NCBI RefSeq assembly: GCF_006345805.1
Contig: NW_021824255.1
Span: forward strand, 1 to 21,478
Reading direction: 5' to 3'
Source: Octopus sinensis
Taxonomy: Eukaryota
DNA: 21,478 nucleotides
Shown here one piece after another: positions 9,938-20,084 of the stretch. A program made the position numbers and the translations under genes. Within the stretch, counting starts at the first letter, position 1, and every line of letters begins with the position of its first letter. The notes beneath the pieces are model-generated. The model did not search any database. It saw only the letters and a program-made list of their open reading frames with translations, and was not told where the DNA came from.

Positions 9938-10678
9938 TGGGCACGTAACAAACACCATCCGATCCTGGCCGTGTCGCCCCAGCCCAAATGGCACCTGTGT
10001 CGGTGGCACATAAAAAACACCATCCGAAGACCCGGCAAGACCTAGTCATGGCCATAACCCGTGGCCCTACCTGGGACTAGTCAGGCACCTGTGCATAACG
10101 AAGAAGGAGGGACGGGACGGTGCAATACCTTCCTTCTTGTGACACTTGTGAAGACCTGTTGAGGCAAGTGAAATCAAATCAAAACAAATCAAATAGATGA
10201 ACATCAATGGAATTTGTATCTTCTTTGTGGTACCAGTGCCGGTGGCACACAAGAAAACCATCCGAACGTGGCCGTAGCCAGTACCGCATCGACTGGCCTC
10301 CGTGCTTTGGGGACGTAACAACACCATCCGATCGTGCCGTCCGCCAGCCTCATCTGGCACCTGTGTCGGTGGCACATAAAAACACCATCCGAGCGTGGCC
10401 GTCTGCCAGCCTCGTCTGGCACCTGTGTCGGTGGCACATAAAAACACCATCCGAGCGTGACCGTTCGCCAGCCTCGTCTGGCACCTGTGTCGGTGGCACA
10501 TAAAATCACCCACTACACTCTTGGAGTGGTTGGCGTTAGGAAGGGCATCCAGCTGTAGAAACACTGCCAGATCTGACTGGCCTGGTGCAGCCTTCGGGCT
10601 CCCCAGACCCCAGTTGAACCGTCCAACCCATGCTAGCATGGAAAACGGACGCTAAATGATGATGATGATGATGATGAT
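9938..10678 (+). mobile_element. 5'-truncated RTE LINE, long 3'UTR (family E) with internal ~62-bp repeats
   Basis: From 10026 it is colinear with the reverse complement of 15193-15812, which follows an RTE ORF end. Ends in (GAT)n. Confidence 0.8.
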
Positions 10679-10854
10679 ATATATATATATACATACATGT
10701 ATATATAGATAGATAGATATACATACATACACATACATACATATATATATATATCTACATACAAATACATTTGCATATATACATATATATATGTAGGCAT
10801 AGAAATGTGTGTGTGTTTGTGTGCATATGTGTGCGTGTGTGTGAATGTGTATGC

Positions 10855-10906
<52 letters not shown>

Positions 10907-11409
10907 GTCTAGCCAATTATCTATTTACACACACATGCTCACTTTCTCACACATGCACACACACACACACACAGACATAATTGAATGAATAAAAATTCCA
11001 TTTAATTTTATCAGTAAGAAATAACTGCCTCCTACATTGTTCATTATATTTCTTACTTTTTTGTTATTTGATTATATATTCATAACTGTCATCGTCATCT
11101 TCCTCATCGTCTTCACCACCAATTCTATCAACACCACCACCACCACCACCACCGCCACTGCCACCACCACCACCATCAGCACTCTTACCATTTGCATCAT
11201 CATCATCAGCCGTCACAATATGACTATTCGTTTAATAAGGTGCTGCTTATTATTTATTCCATATTTGATAACATTATTATTATTATTGATCACTTTTTGT
11301 TACTGTTATTATTGTCTTTGTTTAGCCCCAGGTCTGTCCTGACCCTGATCATACTTACTCTCTTCTGAACTGCATTCCAGTTCCTGACCATCCCATCTGA
11401 TATTCAAGC

Positions 11410-11481
<72 letters not shown>

Positions 11482-11499
11482 TCTACCACATATACATAT

Positions 11500-11536
<37 letters not shown>

Positions 11537-11737
11537 TCAAAAGAAAAACATGATGCAAAGGATTTAGCGGTACATAGTGTTCTGGGCTTTTATGTCTGTG
11601 TGTATATGTATCATATTATATATAAATATATATATATACATATACCTCCGCATATATATATACATACATTATATATAAATATATATAAATATATAAATGT
11701 ATATATATATGTTATATACATAATATATATATGTAAG

Positions 11738-11789
<52 letters not shown>

Positions 11790-11900
11790 ATATATGTATA
11801 TTTATATATATATATATAATATATATATATTATATATATATATATGTAGATATATTTATGTATGCATATGTATTATGTATGTTGCTATATATATATGGTG
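10679..11900. repeat. Microsatellite field: (TA)n, (TG)n, (CA)n, (CAC)n, (TTA)n
   Basis: Direct reading. Confidence 0.85.
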
Positions 11901-12361
11901 TATTATCCAATGTGGCCTACCTTGTTTTCAATGACAAGAGTTTTGATTTAAGTGAAATTTGATGGCTGTTTCTTGCAGATCAATCGACCACTTAGTGACC
12001 TTCCTCTTCCCTATCCTCTATATGTCGCCCCCCCCCCGTCTCAGTGGCTCGCTTATTGATTACTATAATATTGTAAATAAAGTTTGAATATCGTAATTAT
12101 TCCTTCAGTTTAACAATGCCTACAAATAGACAGTAGGGAAGCTGTATCTACCGTTAACACAATTAGCGTTTCAACTAATACAATGGTATAAAATAGGTTG
12201 ATTATTTAATCAGTGACTAATGAAAACTCAAGGCTGGTGATTTTTAATGTAAATCTGTAACGTAATTGTGGATTGGCAAGTCCATGAGTTTAAACTGTTT
12301 TTTTAAAAAGCAGAGTATTTAAAAGTTTTTCTACCAAGATGTTAATGTTTGCCACGCTTAC

Positions 12362-12449
12362 TCATCATCATCACCATTATCATTACCATCACCATCACCA
12401 CCATCATCATCACCATCACCATCATCATCATCATCGTCGTCATCATCCA

Positions 12450-12482
<33 letters not shown>

Positions 12483-12626
12483 CATCATCATCATCATCAC
12501 CATCATCATCATCATCCACATCATCATCATCCACATCATCATCATCATCATCATCATCATCCTCATCATCATCAACACCATCACCATCATCACCATCATC
12601 ACCATCACCATCATCACCATCATCAC

Positions 12627-12677
<51 letters not shown>

Positions 12678-12785
12678 CATCATCATCAACACCATCACCA
12701 TCATCACCATCATCACCATCACCATCATCACCATCATCACCATCACCATCATCACCATCATCACCATCATCACCATCATCATCAC

Positions 12786-12836
<51 letters not shown>

Positions 12837-12950
12837 CATCATCATCAACACCATCACCATCATCACCATCATCACCATCATCACCATCACCATCATCACC
12901 ATCATCACCATCACCATCATCACCATCATCACCATCATCACCATCATCAC

Positions 12951-12996
<46 letters not shown>

Positions 12997-13033
12997 GTCG
13001 TCGTCATCGTTGTCATTGTTGTCGTCATCATTG
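12362..13033. repeat. ~670-bp (CAT/CAC)n trinucleotide array with higher-order units
   Basis: Marker cctcatcatcatcaacacc at 12561, 12675 and 12834. Confidence 0.95.
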
Positions 13034-13125
13034 TCACTTAATGCTCACTTTCCCATGCTTGCATGAGTCAGACAGAGCATGTAGAGACAAATTTTCTACA
13101 GCTGGATGCCCTTCCTGTCACCAAC
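13034..13125 (-). mobile_element. Diverged family E 3' end adjoining the CAT array
   Basis: actttcccatgcttgcatg...tttctacagctggatgcccttcctgtcaccaac. Confidence 0.7.
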
Positions 13126-13271
13126 TTTCCCCTGTTTTCAAGCAAGGTAATATTTTTCTGACAGCCAAACATATTTTTTGCGCTATACTGGAAACAAAGG
13201 ACAACCTTGTTTGTATGCTTGCATGACAATGGTGTCTAGACAAGAATACACACAGACACATGCATCTACAT

Positions 13272-13691
13272 ATTCTTTTATTCTTTTATTTGGTTCAGTC
13301 ATTTGACTGCGGCCATGCTGGAGCACCGCCTTTAGTCGAGCAAATTGACCCCGGGACTTATTCTTTGTAAGCCTAGTATTCATTCTATCGGTCTCTCTTA
13401 CCGAACCGCTAAGTGACGGGGATGTAAACACACCAGCATCGGTTGTCAAGCGATGTTGGGGGGACAAACATAGACACACAAACATATAAATACACATATG
13501 TGTGTGTATATATATATATACAACGGGTGTCTTTCAGTTTTTGTCTACCAAATACACTCACAAGGCTTTGGTCGGCCTGAGGCTATAGTAGAAGACACTT
13601 GCCCAAGGTGCCACGCAGTGGGACTGAACCATGTGGTTGGTAAGCAAGCTACTTACCACACAGCCACTCTTACACCTCCTACTCCTATGCA
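13272..13691 (-). mobile_element. SINE family C, full length (CORE-SINE-like)
   Basis: Minus strand: tggctgtgtggtaag A box, ggttcagtccc B box, ggcaccttgggcaagtg resembling the CORE motif, internal TA/TG run, (taaaaga)n tail. Confidence 0.88.
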
Positions 13692-13850
13692 CACACATAT
13701 ATATATATGAAGTTTACACAAATATATTGTACTTATTCTATCAGTCTCTTCTGCTAAATTACTAAGTCATAAGGAGAAAGAAACCATCACCAGTTGTTAA
13801 GTAATGTTAGGAATATGTGGTGGCAATTAAATAATTGATGTGATGCAGCA

Positions 13851-13972
13851 ACAACTATGCACCGGCACTTCATCAGGTAGGTTGCTTTTCAAGCATTCAG
13901 TTTCCACAATTGAATATGATCCAGCAGTACTTTAAAAGCAATCTACCTGATGAAGTGTCAGCTTACAGTTGT
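13851..13972. repeat. Inverted repeat, ~47-bp arms and ~28-nt loop
   Basis: Core cacttcatcaggtaggttgctttt (13866-13889) pairs with aaaagcaatctacctgatgaagtg (13934-13957), with one G-T pair. Confidence 0.85.
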
Positions 13973-14082
13973 GTATGTATATATATATATATATATATAT
14001 GTATATGTGTGTATGTATATATATGTACTTTGTTTTCATATTTGATTTGCAAGATTTTTATGCAAATTTGTGTATTGAGAAA

Positions 14083-14474
14083 AATCTTGTCTTGGGAGGG
14101 CCATTTCGCCAAATGTAATAAACGCATGCACTGAATCAATATCACTTCTTTATTTTTAATCAATCACTTAAATATCTTGCCAACAAACTAATTGATTGCA
14201 TGTTTAATGTTTTGGTTAAACAATCAGTCAGTCATTTGTTTGTCAGACCCTGAAGAGCGAGGATATATCATTTAATGAGGTCATGAATAGCAACACTAGG
14301 TCTTTGACAAACAAACAACTGATTGACTGTTTAACCAAGTCAATAAACAGATGATCAGTTAGTTAGGTGGTTAGATCTTTAACCAACTGAATAACAATAA
14401 AGAACTGATATTGAACCAGTGCATGTATTTATTATTATTGGCATAATGACTGTCCCAAAACACAATAAGATATT
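14083..14474. mobile_element. Foldback MITE, ~170-bp imperfect arms and ~49-nt spacer
   Basis: Left arm 14083-14249 aligns along its length with the reverse complement of 14299-14474 (e.g. ttggttaaaca.tca.tcagt..tttgtttgtca). Relative at 572-902. Confidence 0.8.
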
Positions 14475-14495
14475 CATATATATATATATATATAT

Positions 14496-14784
14496 ATGGC
14501 CCAGTGCTTAGGGCAGTGGACTCGCGGTCATAGGATCGCGATTTCGATTCCCAGACCGGGCGTTATGAGTGTTTATTGAGCAAAAACACCTAAAAGCTCC
14601 ATGAGGCTCCGGCAGGGGGTGGTGATCCCTGCTGTACTCTTTCACCACAACTTTCTCTCACTCTTTCTTCTGTTGGCCTGCTCGCTTAACCAGCGGGGTG
14701 GCATCATTTGAAGGCTAAAACGATGCAAACGCATTGTGACCAGCGATGTGTAACAACATCTGATGGTCTGGTCGGTCATGTGAT
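14496..14784 (+). mobile_element. SINE family D
   Basis: Colinear with 8810-9085; flanked by (TA)n. Confidence 0.85.
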
Positions 14785-15192
14785 ATATATATACACCTAT
14801 AACAAAACAGGAAATTGGAATTTTTTGGTATTACTTATTCACAATTATACATGTTTCATTTGCTAATAAGTATTATAAAGTTTCTCTGTCTGAAGAATTT
14901 CTTATAGGAAATTTCTTACATGTCTATCTAACATGTAAAACTTTGCAATTCCTATTAGCAAATGAAACATGTGTGATGGGGAGTGAATAAAACCAAGCAA
15001 TTTTTGATTTCCCATTTTGCTATACAATAATTCTGCAATAATACTTCCATAATTCTTGATTCTAATATGAATTTTGAGTAACATACAGCAGCAACTGAGA
15101 CCACGTACTGAATTGTAATAATGGGATAAGCAGATATGCTTCAAGAAGAAACAGCTGGGATTTACTCTAATTACCTATATTACATATATGTA

Positions 15193-15904
15193 ATCATCAT
15201 CATCATCATCATCATTTAGCGTCCGTTTTCCATGCTAGCATGGGTTGGACGGTTCTACTGGGGTCTGTGAAGCCAGAAGGCTTCATCAGGCCCAGTCAAA
15301 TCTGGCAGTGTTTCTACGGCTGGATGCCCTTCCTAACGCCAACAACTCCGTGAGTGTAGTGGGTGCTTTTTACGTGCCACCCGCACTGGTGCCAGACAGA
15401 GCTGGCAAACGGCCATGAACGGATGGTGCTTTTTATGTGCCACCGGCACGAGGGCCAGACGAGGCTGGCAACGGACACGAAACGGGGCGGTGCTGGCAAC
15501 GGTCGCGAAACGGAAAGTTCTCTTACATGCCACCGGCACTGGTAACACATCTGCAATTTCCATTGATCGATTTCGATTCTGATCCTCACTTGCCTCAATG
15601 GGTCTTCACAAGCAGAGTTTCGACATGCCACCGGCACTGGTAGCACATCCGCAATTTCCATTGATCGATTTCGATTCTGATCCTCACTTGCCTCAACACG
15701 TCTTCACAAGTAGAGTTTTGTGTCCCAAGAAGGGAAGGTATGCATACGTAGGCTGGCTCCATCCCATGTAGAAGGCCACGGGTTGTGGACTCACTTGTCC
15801 TGCCGGGTCTTCTCGCGCACAGCACACTTCCAGAGGTCTCGGTCTCTAGTCATTTCCTCAGTGAGACCTAAAGTTCGAAGGTCGTGCTTCACCACCTCGT
15901 CCCA
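15193..15904 (-). mobile_element. 5'-truncated RTE LINE: ORF end plus ~600-nt 3'UTR (family E)
   Basis: ORF remnant followed by a UTR with gtgccggtggcac repeats, a 98-bp tandem duplication (starts 15525 and 15623) and a (GAT)n tail. Confidence 0.85.
15791..15904 (-). pseudogene. RTE LINE ORF C-terminal 37 codons
   Basis: Manual translation WDEVVKHDLRTLGLTEEMTRDRDLWKCAVREKTRQDK*, matching the RTE W..VV..D......DR..W...V ending. Confidence 0.8.
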
Positions 15905-15909
15905 GATAT

Positions 15910-15945
<36 letters not shown>

Positions 15946-16132
15946 ATGATAATATTAGGGAGTAAATCCAAACTTACAGGGAAAAATTAGATTTAAGATT
16001 AAATCTAATTTTATAGTATAAATATATATATTAAATTAGAGATATTAATTATTAATTAATTTTATTTCTATGTATTGGTTTATGATTTTCACTGTTTGAT
16101 TTGCCTAATAGTGGTTTTATCTCTAATTTAAT

Positions 16133-16186
<54 letters not shown>

Positions 16187-16187
<1 letters not shown>

Positions 16188-17083
16188 GTGGTCTGATCAA
16201 TAAGTATCTGGACTGTTGCCATAGTAACAAAGCTAAAGCTCATATGGTGAAGCTACTTAGCAAAGATTGACCTTGAACTCTGCTGTGCATGCACACTAAG
16301 TTTTACCATTCTAGCTCACTTCTGCTGCTTACAACAATGCTTGAAAGGAAAGTGTGTAGCGTGTGATCATCGCATTGACCATGACCAGAAAATGTTGAGC
16401 AGAGAATCTGAATCAAATTTTGCCAAAAGCTTGTTGATGTCTGCTCAGAGGCTTATGCAAAGTTTTCAAAAAGTTTTCATTATTCTCGGCACAATCAAAG
16501 GAGATTTTGTGCAACTGAAACCCTAGTGTCTTTTTGATCAGCTGAAAAATGCTTTGGCACAAATTAGGCAGACACACGTTTCATACCCAAATCTTCAGTA
16601 ATAATTGACTGAACTGAATCGTAACTAATTTGCACATCCCCTAATAACTCACAGATGGTGATTTGACTATTTCTGCTCACAGCTGCATGCACATCTATGA
16701 TGTTTTTCTCAATTCTACCAGTTGCAGGTTTCCCAGAACGTTTGTCAATATCAACATTTTTCCGGTCATCTTAGAAATGTCTGAACCACTCACACACTTG
16801 TGTGCAGCTCATACACTCCTCTCCATACACTTTCTGCAACCTTGCGTAGGTCTCTGAGCAGGTATTGCCATGACAACTTTCTCTGTCATGGCTAACGTGA
16901 TGATCACATGCTACACACCTTCCTTCCAAGCACTGCCGTAAACAGTGGAAGTGAGCTAGAATGTTAAAAGTTTGTGCACATGCACAGCAGAGGTCAAGGT
17001 CAATCTGTGCCGAGCAGCTTCACTCTACATGCTTTAGTTTTGTTACTATGGCAACAGTCCGGATACTTATTGATCAGACCTCA
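16187..17083. mobile_element. Mariner-derived non-autonomous element with two left ends
   Basis: TA|cgtggtctgatcaataagtatc... and ...gatacttattgatcagacctca|tg. Inverted arms of about 250-275 bp, each reaching into the transposase start. Confidence 0.9.
16462..16889 (-). pseudogene. Mariner transposase N-terminal (HTH DNA-binding) remnant
   Basis: Manual translation TCSETYARLQKVYGEECMSCTQVCEWFRHF*...RSGKP...ITEDLGMKRVSA*FVPKHFSADQK; FVPK corresponds to the WVPxxL linker. Has stops and frameshifts, no DDD catalytic domain. Confidence 0.85.
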
Positions 17084-17105
17084 TGTGTGTGTGTATATAT
17101 ATATG

Positions 17106-17335
17106 TATTTCTTTACTGCCCACAAGGGGCTAAACATAGAGGGGACAAACAAGGAAAGACAAACGGATTAGGTCGATTACATCGACCCCAGTGTGTAACT
17201 GGTACTTTATTTATCGACCCCGAAAGGATGAAAGGCAAAGTCGACCTCGACGGAATTTGAACTCAGAACGTAACTGCAGACGAAATACGGCCACGCATTT
17301 CGCCCTGCGAGCTAACGTTTCTGCCAGTTCACCGC
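17106..17335 (-). mobile_element. SINE family B, monomer
   Basis: One head and one body, matching 1197-1424. Confidence 0.9.
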
Positions 17336-17679
17336 TGTGTGTGCGTGTATGTGTGTGTGTATGAATATGTATATGTGTGCTTGTGTGTATACACTCAACA
17401 TTTAAAATTATTTTTCCCTCAATATTGTACTACTAATATTTTTCTATTTTCTGTATTGTTTACAAATATCATAAAATGTAATTGAGAAATTTAATTCATC
17501 TTTTTTTGTTTTTGTTACGATGTTCATTATAGTAACTCTGAATTCATGTTATGCCATTCAGTGTAGACTTTTGGTCACCTAGTTTAACACCACCACCTCG
17601 CCTTGGGTGCCCCTCATAGAGTTTATTTTGTTTGCAAGCATTCACATCATATCTCCAGCCTGAGAAAAGTTTCTCCGGT

Positions 17680-17894
17680 TCTCTCTTTACTCTTTTACTC
17701 TTTTACTTGTTTCAGTCATTTGACTGCGGCCATGCTAGAGCACCGCCTTTAGTCGAATAAATCGACCCCAGGACTTATTCTTTTGTAAGCCTAGTACTTA
17801 TTCTATCGGTCTCTTTTGCCGAACCGCTAATTTACGGGGACATGAACACACCAGCATCGGTTGTCAAGCGATGTTGGGAGGACAAACACAGACA
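17680..17894 (-). mobile_element. SINE family C, 3' half
   Basis: Matches 13272-13477. Confidence 0.88.
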
Positions 17895-17974
17895 GGCTGA
17901 ATGAATTGTATCTTTTGTATATCAAAGTCTATATTATTTAATACAACATTTTTCTAAGATGATATTACAAAACA

Positions 17975-18200
17975 TAGGTGTAGGCATGACTGAGTGATAA
18001 AAACACTCACTTTGCAGCTACGTTGTTTTGGGTTCAATCCCACCATGGGGAACTTAGGGCAAATGTCTTCTTTCATAGCATCAAGTCAACCAATGCTTTG
18101 TGAGTGAATTTGGTAAATGGAAACTCTGTGAGGGCCCGTCATGTGTGTATGTTTGCATATGGTGTGTGTCTTTGTGTCCGTGTTTACATACTCCTCCATT
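17975..18200 (+). mobile_element. Diverged SINE family C, 5' half
   Basis: ggttcaatcccac...gggcaaatgtcttct...tttgtgagtgaatttggtaaatggaaact. Confidence 0.7.
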
Positions 18201-18230
18201 ACTGGTGGTTTCAGGTTCAATCCTTCTGGG

Positions 18231-18411
18231 CTCTAGCATAGCTAGAGTGTGTGCCCCCTGGGGCAGCCCTTCCATTTGCAGTCCTTGGATCCCACAAAAA
18301 ACACATATTGCCTACAGCAATACCCTACAACAGGATGAAAACTGCTGCCCCTTTATAAGTGCCACCCGGGGAAGACCGCCTCTACTGACCCCCATCTCCG
18401 ATATGCTAGTG
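18231..18411. mobile_element. hAT-type MITE, 181 bp
   Basis: TIRs ctctagcatagc / gatatgctagtg (10/12). Degenerate 8-bp TSD cttctggg / cttttgga. Subterminal gtgcc.cc.gggg direct repeats. Confidence 0.7.
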
Positions 18412-18483
18412 CTTTTGGATGGCACTTAGGACAAGTGTCTTCTATTATAGCCTCGGGTTGACTAATGCTTTGAGAATGAACTT

Positions 18484-18788
18484 TTTGTTTGTTCCTTCTT
18501 GAGCCATGCTTGGCTCATAGGGCCGGTTTCCCGGTTTCCTTGGCATATAGGTTCCCCACCTGGATGGGAAGCTGGTCCGTTGCAGGTGAGCTGCAAGGTG
18601 CAGGAGGAAAGAGTGAGAGAAAGTTGTGGCGAAAGATTCAGCAGAAGTTTCGCCATTACCTTCTGCCAGAGCCATGTGGAGCTTTGTTGTTTCGCTCATA
18701 AACACACACATCGCCCAGTCTGAGATTCGAACCTGTGATCCCTCGACCGCGAGTCCGCTGCTCTAACCACTAGGCCATGTGCCTTCAC
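18484..18788 (-). mobile_element. SINE family D variant with a different tail
   Basis: tggcctagtgg A box and ggttcgaatc B box; body shared with family D. 12-bp TSD gagaatg(a/t)actt at 18472-18483 and 18789-18800. Confidence 0.85.
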
Positions 18789-19447
18789 GAGAATGTACTT
18801 AGTAGATGGAAACTCAGTGAGATCCTGTCATGTGTGTATGTGTCCCTGTGTCCTTGTTTACCCCGCTACACACACACACACACACATATTGCTTGTCAAC
18901 TAGTGTTGGTTAGTTTACAACCCTGTAACTTAGTGGTTTTGCATAGATACCAATAGATTAAGTGCCAGAACTTTAAAAATAAATACCGGTATCAATTTGC
19001 TTGACCAAAACCCTTCAAGGTGATGCCCTAGCAGAGCCACAATCTAACGACAGAAATAAATATGAGACTAACAGGAAAAAAATGTGATTTGTAGGTGGTA
19101 ATTTAAGAGAGATTTGGCTGCTATTTCTAGCAAGTTGATCACTTAACGACTTTCTCATTGGCTCGTATAAATCTGAGGTTATTGCCTGTTGCTTTGTCTC
19201 AGGTCAGCCCTGATTGAATAGATTTATGATCAAAGACATTCCAGCTATGGCTATTCCATCTATTAATTTTCACACATCACATGTCTGATACAATATTATC
19301 CTACGTAATCTAAGATGTGATTTAAAGAAAATTTGGCTGCTATTTCTAGCAAGTCAATTAAACTTATATAAGCTTTTAAGTAAACCACATAAATCTGTTT
19401 TTTTTTTTTTGTTTTTTGTTTTTGTAACAAAAACTGCCTCTTAAGTG

Positions 19448-19680
19448 AGTCCTTGGATCCCACAAAAAACTTTTTGCAGTCCTTGGATCCCACAAAAAAC
19501 TTTTTGCAGTCCTTGGATCCCACAAAAAACTTTTTGCAGTCCTTGGATCCCACAAAAAACTTTTTGCAGTCCTTGGATCCCACAAAAACCTTTTTGCAGT
19601 CCTTGGATCCCACAAAAAACTTTTTGCAGTCCTTGGATCCCACAAAAAACTTTTTGCAGTCCTTGGATCCCACAAAAAAA
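19448..19680 (+). repeat. 30-bp minisatellite, 8 units
   Basis: Unit agtccttggatcccacaaaaaactttttgc; one substitution in unit 5; no spacers. Confidence 0.97.
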
Positions 19681-19830
19681 CGCATATTGCCTACAGCAAT
19701 ACCCTACAACAGGATGAAAACTGCTGCCCCTTTAAAAGTGCCACCCAGGGAAGACCGCCCCTACTACCCCCCTCCCCAATATGCTAGTGCTTTTGGATGA
19801 CACTTAGGACAAGTGTCTTCTATTATAGCC
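19653..19830 (+). repeat. Direct duplication of about 18275-18452
   Basis: Includes the MITE right end, its TSD and the host SINE flank; roughly a dozen differences by eye. Confidence 0.92.
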
Positions 19831-19838
19831 TTCGGGCT

Positions 19839-20010
19839 ATAAATCTATTCAATCAGGGCTGACCTGAGACAAAGCAATAACCTCAGATTTATACGAGCCA
19901 ATGAGAAAGTCATTAAGTGATCAACTTGCTAGAAATAGCAGCCAAATCTCTCTTAAATTACAACCTACAAATCGCATTTTTTTGTTGTTAGTCTCACATT
20001 TTTTTCAGTC
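19839..20010 (-). repeat. Inverted duplication of about 19049-19227
   Basis: ataaatctattcaatcagggctgacctgagacaaagcaa... is the reverse complement; one 7-bp indel. Confidence 0.92.
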
Positions 20011-20084
20011 AGGTTGCAATTCCTTGTTGGAGCCATTCCACACTTCTCTTAGTCTTATAAGGTAAAAATTGATCTATGTTGGTT

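Larger units (their letters stand above)
18205..19066 (+). mobile_element. Diverged SINE family C interrupted by two nested insertions
   Basis: Segments 18205-18230, 18412-18483 and 18789-19066 join into the family C order. Confidence 0.7.

Noticed and set aside
9938-10639. 190-aa repeat ORF; CRISPR-like look of the palindromic modules
   Set aside because: It is antisense to a LINE 3'UTR, and the sequences between modules are homologous to each other rather than unique spacers.
12339-13226. 295-aa poly-His ORF and the overlapping poly-Met and poly-Ile ORFs
   Set aside because: Stop-free frames are automatic in (CAT/CAC)n, and the ORF runs on into an antisense retroelement tail.
13947-13960. 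ctgatga hammerhead core
   Set aside because: No downstream stem II plus GAAA; it is simply part of a hairpin arm.
18715-18788. tRNA gene (also at other SINE heads)
   Set aside because: A and B boxes are present, but they continue into SINE bodies bounded by TSDs.
19448-19680. CRISPR-like 30-bp repeats, and the repeat-peptide ORFs over them
   Set aside because: Head-to-tail units with no spacers, no cas genes, eukaryotic context, and a local source at 18275.
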